This document shows, piece by piece, positions 51,190 to 60,898 of a stretch of 64,000 nt of DNA (the first letter of the stretch is position 1; each line of letters opens with the position of its first letter). The notes under the pieces were generated by a model. That model saw only the letters and a list, made by a program, of their open reading frames with translations, had not been told where the DNA came from and did no database searches. The stretch lies in the sequence record MN563784.1; one strand, 5' to 3'. The position numbers and the translations under genes are program-made.

Positions 51190-52250
51190 TGAATGGTTTA
51201 TTTGTAAGTATTGAAGGGAATGAAGGTGTCGGTAAAACGACCGTTACAAAAATGGTTGTTGCGGAGCTTCTTAAACGTGGATATGATGTCGTAACACTAC
51301 GTGAACCTGGCGGTACAAATACATCAGAAGAAATCCGACAAATGCTGATTTGGCCTAAACACAATGATGTTCGACCGCCGGAATTTGATGTACTGATGCA
51401 TAGTGCATATAGAGTGATGAATGTAGAGAATATCATCTTACCTGCTCTTAAAGAAGATAAGATTGTTATTACCGAGCGATTCATTGCATCGACATATGCT
51501 CTAAATGTGTATCCTTTCGAAGAAACTAATCCATATCTATCAAAATTGTTTATGGATATCCTTCAAGGAACCTTACACTCTATCCCAGAGCCAGCTACCT
51601 TCTTCCTGACTGCACCTAAAGAAGTACGTGAAGAACGAATTAAGAAAAGTAATAGGCGCCTTGATTATTATGAATCTAAAGGATCCGATTACTTCGATAA
51701 GGTTGATAAAGGTTTTGAACGACTTATCAATCAACCTAGTTCTATTACGGTCGATGCTAATCGTGGTCTAGATGTCATTGTTAATGAAATTGTTGAATCG
51801 ATTATCTTCTTGCGTGAAAAACAAAAGAATAAACAGTCATCTTTTGATGAGCAGCTATCTAACACATCCTCAAGTAATAGCGAATTTGATAGTGAAAGTG
51901 AAAGTTCGGACATTCCATGGAATGATACGCAGCAGGAAAATCCTGTAGAAGTATCTGACAGCGATTTACATTTTGATCTGGATGCTGAGATTAATAAATA
52001 TCTAGATGAAAATATCGTTCCTCAACTATTTACAGGGGATGAACGTTTTCTTGCATCAGGTAAGGTAGTAGCTAAAAAGTATTGCCAACTTGTCTATGAT
52101 AAATTACCGGATGAAGAAAAGCATAAGATGTTCCTAGGGTCAAATAAAGAACGTCTAAATCAACAAATTCATAGTCTACTTTACTATGGACATCAATTAG
52201 ATAGTTTCATCACAGAAAATGATCTAATTGGTAAAACACTCTGGAAATAA
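51189..52250 (+). CDS. tmk: Thymidylate kinase with C-terminal extra domain (gp188-like)
   Basis: FVSIEGNEGVGKTT, LREPGG, TERF in the N-terminal ~210 aa. Confidence 0.9.
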   Translation: MNGLFVSIEGNEGVGKTTVTKMVVAELLKRGYDVVTLREPGGTNTSEEIRQMLIWPKHNDVRPPEFDVLMHSAYRVMNVENIILPALKEDKIVITERFIASTYALNVYPFEETNPYLSKLFMDILQGTLHSIPEPATFFLTAPKEVREERIKKSNRRLDYYESKGSDYFDKVDKGFERLINQPSSITVDANRGLDVIVNEIVESIIFLREKQKNKQSSFDEQLSNTSSSNSEFDSESESSDIPWNDTQQENPVEVSDSDLHFDLDAEINKYLDENIVPQLFTGDERFLASGKVVAKKYCQLVYDKLPDEEKHKMFLGSNKERLNQQIHSLLYYGHQLDSFITENDLIGKTLWK

Positions 52251-52286
52251 ATCAATTTATTACTTCGTAACTGGTGACGAAATTAA

Positions 52287-52538
52287 ATGAGCACTACCCT
52301 GACTCTGAAAGAATCTAAATATATTCCTGCAACTGAGCTTGATAATCTAGAAGCTTATATTGGTCGAACTTTTCTAGTTGAGCGCAATGGTGTATCAACT
52401 GCACATAAGCTAATTAAACTATCTCGACGTGATGTTTATCTCGGTTATCCAGATGGTAGGGAAGATTCATTTACATTGTCTATTAATAAGTTCCGGAAGT
52501 TCTATAAGCTAGCTCCATCTAGTCGCGATAAAAAATAA
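52287..52538 (+). CDS. Small hypothetical protein
   Basis: 83 aa followed by a terminator. Confidence 0.7.
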   Translation: MSTTLTLKESKYIPATELDNLEAYIGRTFLVERNGVSTAHKLIKLSRRDVYLGYPDGREDSFTLSINKFRKFYKLAPSSRDKK

Positions 52539-52551
52539 AGCACGATATAAT

Positions 52552-52574
52552 AGAGTCCCCATTATGGGGACTCT
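52552..52574 (+). terminator. Terminator hairpin
   Basis: AGAGTCCCCA-TTA-TGGGGACTCT followed by TCTTT. Confidence 0.75.
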
Positions 52575-52607
52575 TCTTTATAATTTTTTTGTTAAAAGGT
52601 ATATCAA

Positions 52608-53048
52608 ATGTTTAATAGGATTGTTAGAGCTTTCCATATTGTTGATAAAGACCAATCTAAACATGGTGAACTAGATTTACCACAATGGCCAGCCTATATA
52701 TCGGTTACTCCTAAAGTTATCGACATTAGGGATAAAGAATTTAATTATCATGGTTTTATTTCACATATTAGTGCCCCTTTAAAAGTTATAAAACCAGATG
52801 AATATATTAAAGCCAGATATACATTATCTTCACACTTTATTTATCAGCATGAAGGTGATAATGACCCAGTCGATGCACCTGGCTTTAGTATTGACATTGA
52901 ATACAGACTAGTTACTCAAAATACTAAAACGTGGTATTTAGATATCAACATCATCACTGATAAATCAATTAGTTACAATATTGAAAGTATTCTAAATGCG
53001 GAATTCATGTGTCAATGTCCATTTAATCTTTATATAAACGGTAAATAA
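52608..53048 (+). CDS. Hypothetical protein
   Basis: 146 aa, AAGG RBS. Confidence 0.7.
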   Translation: MFNRIVRAFHIVDKDQSKHGELDLPQWPAYISVTPKVIDIRDKEFNYHGFISHISAPLKVIKPDEYIKARYTLSSHFIYQHEGDNDPVDAPGFSIDIEYRLVTQNTKTWYLDINIITDKSISYNIESILNAEFMCQCPFNLYINGK

Positions 53049-53075
53049 CTAATCATTTATAATAGAGGAAAGAGT

Positions 53076-53867
53076 ATGTTTAAATCCTTGAACTTTAACT
53101 ATACTACTCAACCTTCTACAGAAGGTATCTGTTTGTATATCGGTCATGGCGATGTTGGACTACTTGAGGGTAACAAATCTTCAACTGGTATTGCTGATAA
53201 ATTAGAACAATGCCCTTATTACTTACATGTTACTGTTGGTAAATCAAACACAGCTAACCAATTGACCATCACTGGTTATACTAATAATCAACCTAACCTC
53301 CGTAGTTGGCATGGTCAAGAAGCTATGGACATTCTTCTGAATAATATCAACATTGATAACAATGTGGTACAACGAGAACTCAACTTTAAAGTACTCATTG
53401 AATCAGTTGAGCGTAAAGATCCGCGTGTTATTATACTAATGGCACTAGGTGCACTTCCATCTCAAGATTATCCTGGTCATTTTAATGATTTAACATCCGA
53501 TAAGCAACTATTCAAACGGGAAGGCACTTTCATTGATTATAATGAAAAAGAATATAGTGATACATGCAATACCATTACACGCAAATTATTAAACCTGTGT
53601 GGTTGTGGCCATCCAGAAGCAGAATTGCAGTATATTGATGATGTATTGGATATATATCGCCAAGGGTGGAATATTTCTAAACGTAATGAATGTGATAAGA
53701 AATATGGATTTGGTCCGACTACATTCATGCTACATTATTTAGATAGTCTTGGATTTGCCGAGCATGGCACGGGTGCAGCTGGTTGGCTACTCGATGAAGG
53801 CGCATGGGTAAGTGTATTAGTAAAATTAGCAATTAAGGAAACCGAGGGTGGATGCACTGATGTTTAA
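53076..53867 (+). CDS. Hypothetical two-domain protein
   Basis: 263 aa; C-terminal CGCGHPE...YLD..G..EHG...WL motif. Confidence 0.75.
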   Translation: MFKSLNFNYTTQPSTEGICLYIGHGDVGLLEGNKSSTGIADKLEQCPYYLHVTVGKSNTANQLTITGYTNNQPNLRSWHGQEAMDILLNNINIDNNVVQRELNFKVLIESVERKDPRVIILMALGALPSQDYPGHFNDLTSDKQLFKREGTFIDYNEKEYSDTCNTITRKLLNLCGCGHPEAELQYIDDVLDIYRQGWNISKRNECDKKYGFGPTTFMLHYLDSLGFAEHGTGAAGWLLDEGAWVSVLVKLAIKETEGGCTDV

Positions 53868-54585
53868 ATTATCGATGCGTATATTCTGTGCAGTATTTCT
53901 GATTAGTATTGGCATGTATACTAAAGCTAGTGTTAATTACGAACCACTTGCTTTTTATGGAGTACCATTATTCTACTCTAATCATACTCCGCGAATTGCT
54001 CCATGTAATTTCAATAAGCAGTCCAAACTGGGTAGTTGCGGTTGGACCAGTTATCCAGAAAATTCAATAATATTGGTGGTTCACCCTAGTGATCCAACTA
54101 AACAACTACCTGTTGAATACTCGATGTATCAAGAGGTTATTTGTGAGAATGATCAGTGCTATACATCTGATTATCATGAACCATATGGGTATCTATTGGG
54201 ATTTAAAGGAACTACTTATTGGTCAGTACCAACTGGATACTATTTACTAAATGGGCCTAATGGGGTACATGGTGTCAAATTTGGCAATGGTCCCTTAAAA
54301 GACACTTATCCTATTCGTGATGTATACATGGTAAATAATGATAGAGTGATTGATGGTGAGTATCTTACACTACAAAATACTAGGGGCTTTTATAATGTAG
54401 TGTGTAGTCAACTTACACAAATGTGTAAATACTTTGGTAAAGAATATACTTTACTAGAACTCAATCAAATTATCCCATTTGTAAAGACCACCACTTGCGA
54501 TGAATTCCTTTGTTACATCAATAATGATAAAGGTAAGGTTGCAGGCATCAATCCAAAACGAAAGGATATTTACGAGGGGCTGTAA
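53860..54585 (+). CDS. Putative exported Cys-rich protein
   Basis: From the ATG at 53860: basic-hydrophobic N-terminus ending TKA-S, then eight Cys in the mature part. Confidence 0.65.
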   Translation: MFKLSMRIFCAVFLISIGMYTKASVNYEPLAFYGVPLFYSNHTPRIAPCNFNKQSKLGSCGWTSYPENSIILVVHPSDPTKQLPVEYSMYQEVICENDQCYTSDYHEPYGYLLGFKGTTYWSVPTGYYLLNGPNGVHGVKFGNGPLKDTYPIRDVYMVNNDRVIDGEYLTLQNTRGFYNVVCSQLTQMCKYFGKEYTLLELNQIIPFVKTTTCDEFLCYINNDKGKVAGINPKRKDIYEGL

Positions 54586-54947
54586 TGAACATTACCAATA
54601 TAAAGCTCATCCAAACTATGGATGCTGTATTAGAGGAACTCACGAAATATCACGATAACCTCAAGCCTTGTGTAGGTATTAAAATAGAGGTTTCACCATG
54701 TGACGCTAAGTGTATACTCTTATCTGAGGATATGGTTCGTAAGGTAGTTATTGAGATCAATGTAGTTAAACCACTGAATATGCGTGTAACCTATCTCTTT
54801 GATGAGAAGATGGTTACTAAGATCAACAAATATAATTCACATTACTACACTGAATTAGCCAAACAAATAAATACGTTCTTTTCGGATACAAGTATCCCAA
54901 CACGCACATTCGATTACCATGGATTCTTTGATTATCTTGGATTCTAA
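54585..54947 (+). CDS. Hypothetical protein
   Basis: 120 aa, TAATG-coupled to the upstream gene. Confidence 0.7.
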   Translation: MNITNIKLIQTMDAVLEELTKYHDNLKPCVGIKIEVSPCDAKCILLSEDMVRKVVIEINVVKPLNMRVTYLFDEKMVTKINKYNSHYYTELAKQINTFFSDTSIPTRTFDYHGFFDYLGF

Positions 54948-54959
54948 AAGGAGATTATA

Positions 54960-55316
54960 ATGGGTTCTCTAACTCTTGAAACAGGGCGACAGATTGAGCA
55001 TCATTTGCTGAATGCAATTAGCATTCATATTAATGCATCCCGGATTGGCGCTACATTGCGTGAAACAGTTAATGTCATCGATAACCCTGTAACAAAACGA
55101 TCTATTGCATATGTGGTTGAGAGAGGCAAGGATATCCGCATTGCAGTTTATGATACCAGCAATGATCATCTTGGCATGATATCTCATATTGAGTCTGGTG
55201 ATAGTGAATTTAAAGTTCTTAATATGGCACAGGCTGTTCGGATAACCAAATTCTCATTGAATCAATTTGATGAGGCAGCAATATGTGCAGTAAGCTGGCT
55301 TGCCGGAAATCCATAA
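54960..55316 (+). CDS. Hypothetical protein
   Basis: 118 aa, AGGAG RBS. Confidence 0.75.
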   Translation: MGSLTLETGRQIEHHLLNAISIHINASRIGATLRETVNVIDNPVTKRSIAYVVERGKDIRIAVYDTSNDHLGMISHIESGDSEFKVLNMAQAVRITKFSLNQFDEAAICAVSWLAGNP

Positions 55317-55351
55317 TACATCATTGATTAAAGTACCACTACAGCTTAATA

Positions 55352-55395
55352 TTCAATCTCAGTCTAAACACTGATCCAATTAGGCTGAGATTGAA
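55352..55395. other. Long intergenic hairpin (16-bp stem, 12-nt loop)
   Basis: TTCAATCTCAGTCTAA / TTAGGCTGAGATTGAA with one U-G pair on the + strand. Confidence 0.7.
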
Positions 55396-55471
55396 GACTA
55401 CTGGGTCAGCTCATTATTGCCTACTTCTAATTTGATATAGGTAAATTATAAATACAAAGTCAGGTAATGTC

Positions 55472-55846
55472 ATGGATTCATTAAAAATACAAAATATTCT
55501 CTTATGCAATAAAGCATTCAAGGCGATTGTTGAGCATCCACTTCAGATTAAATCTAATAGATCTACTAGTATTCAAGTATTAAATAATGAGTTGAATTAT
55601 GGGTTGACTTATATCTTTCATGATACCGACTCTACTCGTACAGTTAAATTAACAGTACGTTACGGTAATGTAGTAATCTCATTAGTGGATAGTAATAATA
55701 GATTAGAAAAAGAATTTACCTTTGATAATGAAGCTAACTATCAATTAATGGGTAAAATAGTTTATTGTTATTTACGTAAAAATAAAGATGATTATTATCG
55801 TGGATTAAGTGATAGTGGTTATCTACAATGGTTAGGGATAACTTAA
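55472..55846 (+). CDS. Hypothetical protein
   Basis: 124 aa. Confidence 0.7.
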   Translation: MDSLKIQNILLCNKAFKAIVEHPLQIKSNRSTSIQVLNNELNYGLTYIFHDTDSTRTVKLTVRYGNVVISLVDSNNRLEKEFTFDNEANYQLMGKIVYCYLRKNKDDYYRGLSDSGYLQWLGIT

Positions 55847-55847
55847 T

Positions 55848-56210
55848 ATGATATTTAATAAAATCACTCGATCTATAAAAAGAAGGCGATGTAATAAGTC
55901 TGAATTAATTGAAATTAATGAACTTATCTTAAAAGCAGCTCGTCGTCAAAACTATGATTTATGTCATCTGATTAGTTATCTTGGTGATGGTAATGATCCA
56001 GTAGTTATTGATATTTTAAAGAAAGAATATTCTGAAATATATGCCTATTATAAATCTGTATTTGACCCTGCTGATTTTGGTAAGAATTATAAAAATAAAT
56101 TACATAATGATTTATTAGAGGTTATGACCAAAATAGATAAATTTAAAGAATTATGTGAAAAACATAATATCGACTATTCACACATTGTTGAAGATGAAAT
56201 ACCTTTCTAG
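55848..56210 (+). CDS. Hypothetical helical protein
   Basis: 120 aa, coupled to the upstream gene. Confidence 0.7.
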   Translation: MIFNKITRSIKRRRCNKSELIEINELILKAARRQNYDLCHLISYLGDGNDPVVIDILKKEYSEIYAYYKSVFDPADFGKNYKNKLHNDLLEVMTKIDKFKELCEKHNIDYSHIVEDEIPF

Positions 56211-56221
56211 GCGGAAATAAA

Positions 56222-56584
56222 ATGGAATTAATCAGTGTCAACTCAATGGCATTATTCTTTGGTTTAATTGTAGCGCACTTCATCTTTGATTTTTCATTGC
56301 AAAATGATTTCATTGCAAAGGCTAAAAATCATACTACTGAACTAGGTTCACTATATTGGAAATGGGTATTACCTGCACACAGCTTCATGCATGGTGGCGC
56401 AGTTTATTTCATTACTGGTTCATTAGTTTTAGGACTTATTGAAACAATTTCTCACTGCATTATTGATTATTTAAAATGTGATAATAAAATTACATTTAAT
56501 CAAGATCAGTGGTTACACATTGGTTTTAAACTAATGTATACTTATCTAATTGTTTACGAAGTACCTTTCGTGATGTATGGATAA
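56222..56584 (+). CDS. DUF3307-family membrane protein
   Basis: AHFIFDF.LQ, HSFMH, HCIID..K, DQWLH motifs within hydrophobic helices. Confidence 0.8.
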   Translation: MELISVNSMALFFGLIVAHFIFDFSLQNDFIAKAKNHTTELGSLYWKWVLPAHSFMHGGAVYFITGSLVLGLIETISHCIIDYLKCDNKITFNQDQWLHIGFKLMYTYLIVYEVPFVMYG

Positions 56585-56595
56585 AGTTATATATT

Positions 56596-56622
56596 ACCCT
56601 CTCCTTCGGGAGAGGGTTTTAT
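56596..56622 (+). terminator. Intrinsic terminator
   Basis: ACCCTCTCC-TTCG-GGAGAGGGT followed by TTTAT. Confidence 0.8.
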
Positions 56623-56726
56623 GTTTAATATTTTTTTTTATTAAGTTTTATTACCCAATCTGATAGGGCTATAATGGAGTTTAGTCTTGTGGAAGTTTAT
56701 AAAACCCTATTGGGAAGAGAACTACA

Positions 56727-57215
56727 ATGGTTATTACACATCAAACTGTAGACCAAATAGATACACAAGTAAGTTTAGGTTTACCTATTGGCTACTATGG
56801 TGCTAATGATGATTTATCTACACTAATTAGGACGATTGGTGATTGGAATATCAGACCTATTGAAGAGCGTAGGACACCAGGTACAGGCTACATTGTAGCT
56901 GTCCCATCGAATACTCGTACACGAGTGATTTACACTGCTGGTCGCAAAAGATGGCTAGAAGCATTAGATTTTAGCCCCGAATTAGCCGAGAAGTATATTC
57001 GTGCTTGTAGTGCAATAAAACGATGCTGGGACCACGATGTCGCAACCTTTGTCCTGACACATAATAAAATTAGCGACGAATTACTTAAAGAATTGATGAG
57101 TGTTGAGAATCCTAAAGCTGTACTCAACCACTACAAAATTCCTGTAAAGATTTCTAGAAATAGAATAATTGCAGCTTGTCAAATAATCTTCAATATTCGT
57201 GGACTAAAAGTCTAA
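56727..57215 (+). CDS. Hypothetical protein
   Basis: 162 aa. Confidence 0.7.
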   Translation: MVITHQTVDQIDTQVSLGLPIGYYGANDDLSTLIRTIGDWNIRPIEERRTPGTGYIVAVPSNTRTRVIYTAGRKRWLEALDFSPELAEKYIRACSAIKRCWDHDVATFVLTHNKISDELLKELMSVENPKAVLNHYKIPVKISRNRIIAACQIIFNIRGLKV

Positions 57216-57226
57216 TACTTTTATAG

Positions 57227-57254
57227 GAGAGAACCGCCATGGTTCTCTCTTTTT
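57227..57254 (+). terminator. Intrinsic terminator
   Basis: GAGAGAACC-GCCAT-GGTTCTCTC followed by TTTTT. Confidence 0.8.
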
Positions 57255-57305
57255 GACGTAAGTGCATTATTGTTATGATAAGACTTTCGTATAAGGAAAA
57301 CTACT

Positions 57306-57737
57306 ATGTTACTTTTTGTTGATACAGAATTTGATACGCCTACTGGTACTCTTATTTCACTCGGTATTGTTAGTGAAGATCGACGTTGTGAATTCTACGA
57401 AGTTCTACCATATGACAATATTGAAGATGAATGGGTTAAAGAAAACGTTATTCCTATTCTTCAAAAAGAACCAATCTCTTTAGAAGAATTCCATGATAGA
57501 CTAGCCAAGTTTCTTGGTCAGTTTGCTCGATTACATTTTATAGCTAATCATGTTAACGATATGGTTTACACTGGTAAAGCTATGGATATGGGTAAAGGTA
57601 AACAAGTTGTTGAGTTACCAACTATATTTGAATTAAATCATGAGCTAAGTGGAAAAGGTTCTAAAATGCTTCACAACGCACTATTTGATGCTCGTGCAAC
57701 CCTAGATGACTGGGAGCGTTTAAATGGTGTGAACTAA
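57306..57737 (+). CDS. DEDDh 3'-5' exonuclease (Rv2179c/DUF5051-like)
   Basis: FVDTEF (ExoI), ND, HNALFDAR (ExoIII). Confidence 0.8.
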   Translation: MLLFVDTEFDTPTGTLISLGIVSEDRRCEFYEVLPYDNIEDEWVKENVIPILQKEPISLEEFHDRLAKFLGQFARLHFIANHVNDMVYTGKAMDMGKGKQVVELPTIFELNHELSGKGSKMLHNALFDARATLDDWERLNGVN

Positions 57738-57756
57738 CCTTTTTGGGATAGCCATC

Positions 57757-58416
57757 ATGACTAATACCTTTGAGAAGATGTCAGGCGACAAAGATAGAAA
57801 AAGTCGTCCAGAAATCGTACTGCGTTTGCTGATCGCAACCAGTTTTCCTCAATCCGTTTTAGCCGATTTGACTTTTGATATTACTAAGCAAGTTGGTATT
57901 ACTGATAACGATGAATTAGAGAAGATTGCTAATGACATGCGTGATGTTGAACGTAAGTTTGATATGACTGATTTCATTAGATGTATTGATCTACGTCGTA
58001 ATGGTAATGACGTAAATATAACTGTTAATTGTTGGGATTTTGATCCACGTGCTAAAACCATCGAGGATCGTGCGGAGAACCATGAATTCCTGGCAAACAG
58101 TAATATTACCTTACATTCACCAGAAACAGATTTTAATGATCCACGTGAACTAGCTAGTAAATTAGTTGGACTATTTTTTCGTAGCAAGATAGGTCAAAAG
58201 CCGTCAGCTAGTAATTTTACTAAGGGATGGAAAATTCTTAGTAAACCAATTAGTAAATCTAAAAATACAGGTGATATAGAATCAATCGATCTAGTTGATG
58301 CTATTGAACTAGTAGCTCAGAGTTTAGCTAAACGTAGGTTTAACATTAAAATTACCACAAGCGCTATTTTATTACTTGATCAGAAAAGACGGTTATTTAA
58401 TATAACGCGTGGTTAA
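57757..58416 (+). CDS. Hypothetical protein
   Basis: 219 aa. Confidence 0.7.
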   Translation: MTNTFEKMSGDKDRKSRPEIVLRLLIATSFPQSVLADLTFDITKQVGITDNDELEKIANDMRDVERKFDMTDFIRCIDLRRNGNDVNITVNCWDFDPRAKTIEDRAENHEFLANSNITLHSPETDFNDPRELASKLVGLFFRSKIGQKPSASNFTKGWKILSKPISKSKNTGDIESIDLVDAIELVAQSLAKRRFNIKITTSAILLLDQKRRLFNITRG

Positions 58417-58427
58417 AACAACATAAT

Positions 58428-58448
58428 GCCCTCCCATTGCGGGAGGGC
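58428..58448. terminator. Bidirectional terminator, repeated family
   Basis: GCCCTCCC-ATTGC-GGGAGGGC, exact reverse complement of 23188-23208. Confidence 0.8.
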
Positions 58449-58456
58449 TTATGCCG

Positions 58457-60406
58457 TTAAACTTTTACAAGTTTATCATTTTCTATTTTCCAATTAGCAT
58501 GGAAAGAAATTGGTTGACCAGTGGTCTCATCAAGAATGTCACCAGTCTTTAACCTATTTTTAATAGCTCGGTTATTTCCAAAGAATGGAACTAGTTTAGC
58601 TACTGTTACATCAGCTAATCCTGGATCTTTCATTACATACCAGCCAGGTGTTGAAGCCAGTTCATCATACTGGACAACTTTAGAAGTATCTGCAAAGATA
58701 ACAATATCACCATGTCGTCCGTTCTGGACACGTTGTGATAGTTTACCCCATGTGGAGTTATTATCATAAACATATACATTAGCTGTATTCAATGTCTCAC
58801 CAAGGAATGTACGACGTAATGCAGTCAATACTATTGGTTTTATATTAATGTTATTCTTATATGCATTCGCTACACGATACATATACTTGGTCATGCTAAG
58901 ATTAATATATTCATAAATTTTAGCTTTACTTATCCCTTTATAATCATCCCATGCCATTGTACCTATAAGGGATGCTTCATTATAAAGAGAAGCAGGTTTT
59001 GAACTAAGTACCACTTGATGCTGCATTGTGTAAGTATAAGGTACACGTACGTTAATACGTATCTGATCATTATCATGGATTAAAAGAGTTGATCCATGAG
59101 TTATCAGATCCCACTGAGTAATGCCCTGACTAAATAAGAATGATCCAACTAAATAGCCATTTATTTGAATATCACCTAAATAGTCCTGATGGTCAGTGCC
59201 ATTTGAGTAACCTAGATTAAGATCAAAATAACGCTTAGCTGTTAGTATCTGAGTAGTATCAATAGCTTGGCCATTATCACGTGCAACAAAGATACCATCA
59301 TCTACACCAACTTGGAATCTAAATGAAATAGCATACGGTTTATTAGGATTTTCAGATGTCGTACAAAGAAAATTGTAAATGTACTCGCCAGTATGATCGA
59401 AGGTAAATTCAGGAATATCTTCTTTGTTATACGCTGGGAAAGTAACAAGCTTAATCTCACTTTCACTTGAATCACCTTTGATAACAAAGTCAGTTACTTG
59501 ACCATTACCAATAGATTTATTCATACCTGTAAACAAACCAGATGATGCAGCTTTTGGTGACCAGCTTAGCATCTGATTTACAGTATATTGAACATCTGAC
59601 CTATCAACAACACCAGAGAAATAAGAACCAAAATTAAAGGCTAGTCTATTAGCGGTAAATGCAAAACTACCATTATTTTCTTTAGCATCTTCAATATTAG
59701 TGTAATCTCTTGAAGCAGAATCAGTTATAACAAAGATACCATTACCCGATTTACGCCAAGTAGCTAGATTATCAATAGTCGCCTGACTCACTCTTTCAGG
59801 AGTTAATGCACCAGTATTATGATCTTTAGTAGAGAATAGAATACATGCATAATACTTATTAAGATCTGTTAAAGTAAGGTCTACTGTGCCACCCATCATT
59901 TCTGGGTAATAAACATCATAGGTAGAATCTTGTACACGAGCAGCCGTATCTAGTATCTTTTTAAAACCATTACCTGACGTATTGAGGACTGAATAAGGTT
60001 CACTAGGATTACTATCTGTGATTACTAAGAATTTCTTTCCAGTTGATTCGTACTTACTGCCATTCCTAATAAACCCAATAGCGTTATAAAAATATCTTAC
60101 CCATCCCCATAAATCTTGAGGGTTTGTTGTATTAGCCGGAATTTGGTAAGTATCATAGTTTAAATTATAGAATTTTGGAAAACTACAATCATAAAGAACA
60201 TTACCAGTGCCATCTTGCACAACAGCAATAAATGGACTACCACCTGTTGCAGGGTCACCATCATAAGCAATGTATTCAGAGAGCACCGGAGGTAACTCCG
60301 GGCTCACTGTATAATACACCTTCTGAATATCTGAACTAAAGTTAAATTTAACTTTAGAGTTTAGTGCCACAGGACCCGGCACTTGCGACGGGACAATAGA
60401 AGGCAT
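58457..60406 (-). CDS. Probable virion structural protein (gp201-like)
   Basis: 649 aa, GGAG RBS, beta-rich. Function by inference only. Confidence 0.6.
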   Translation of the reverse strand: MPSIVPSQVPGPVALNSKVKFNFSSDIQKVYYTVSPELPPVLSEYIAYDGDPATGGSPFIAVVQDGTGNVLYDCSFPKFYNLNYDTYQIPANTTNPQDLWGWVRYFYNAIGFIRNGSKYESTGKKFLVITDSNPSEPYSVLNTSGNGFKKILDTAARVQDSTYDVYYPEMMGGTVDLTLTDLNKYYACILFSTKDHNTGALTPERVSQATIDNLATWRKSGNGIFVITDSASRDYTNIEDAKENNGSFAFTANRLAFNFGSYFSGVVDRSDVQYTVNQMLSWSPKAASSGLFTGMNKSIGNGQVTDFVIKGDSSESEIKLVTFPAYNKEDIPEFTFDHTGEYIYNFLCTTSENPNKPYAISFRFQVGVDDGIFVARDNGQAIDTTQILTAKRYFDLNLGYSNGTDHQDYLGDIQINGYLVGSFLFSQGITQWDLITHGSTLLIHDNDQIRINVRVPYTYTMQHQVVLSSKPASLYNEASLIGTMAWDDYKGISKAKIYEYINLSMTKYMYRVANAYKNNINIKPIVLTALRRTFLGETLNTANVYVYDNNSTWGKLSQRVQNGRHGDIVIFADTSKVVQYDELASTPGWYVMKDPGLADVTVAKLVPFFGNNRAIKNRLKTGDILDETTGQPISFHANWKIENDKLVKV

Positions 60407-60416
60407 TTCTCACTCC

Positions 60417-60887
60417 TTACGGGGTATACACGGGAATATCAGCCGTCTTAATAGGTGAGTCAACTCGAATATAATAAGTGATTGGTACAGACAGGCTATA
60501 CCCACGGATATTTAAAATCCCTGTAGATGAATCGAGATCCCAACCAATACTAGCAGAAGCGCTAATAAGCTTACCACTAGTAGGACTAGTAGTTTCAGGG
60601 TCGATAATCTTGAGATCAACGATGGCTGTAGCCAGAGTATAATCACCCATAGAAGTAATAACTTTGGAAAGATCGTAAGTAACTACATCTCCTGGGTTTA
60701 ATGTACCAGTTTGAAATAGAATTGGTTTTAAACCAGTACTAGGACCTGGACCAGGGCCACCACCAGATTCTAGGATGGTTGTTACTTTGTCAACCCACCT
60801 TAAAATCGCATTATACATTTCTTCACTGGTGGCTTCAGGCCCAAGAATAAGATCTTCACCAGTATTAGATGAATGTGGATCAGACAT
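60417..60887 (-). CDS. Hypothetical protein with GPGPGP linker
   Basis: 156 aa, GGAG RBS. Confidence 0.7.
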   Translation of the reverse strand: MSDPHSSNTGEDLILGPEATSEEMYNAILRWVDKVTTILESGGGPGPGPSTGLKPILFQTGTLNPGDVVTYDLSKVITSMGDYTLATAIVDLKIIDPETTSPTSGKLISASASIGWDLDSSTGILNIRGYSLSVPITYYIRVDSPIKTADIPVYTP

Positions 60888-60898
60888 TTCTGTCTCCT

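Noticed and set aside
52608-56210. Paralog family among the ~120-aa early proteins
   Set aside because: They have similar size and an apparent helix-strands-helix layout, but I could not align any shared residues by eye.
56590-56597. TATATTAC as an early promoter
   Set aside because: It overlaps the 5' arm of a terminator whose family commonly has a CATATT/TATATT flank, and it lacks the upstream A-tract/AGAT context.
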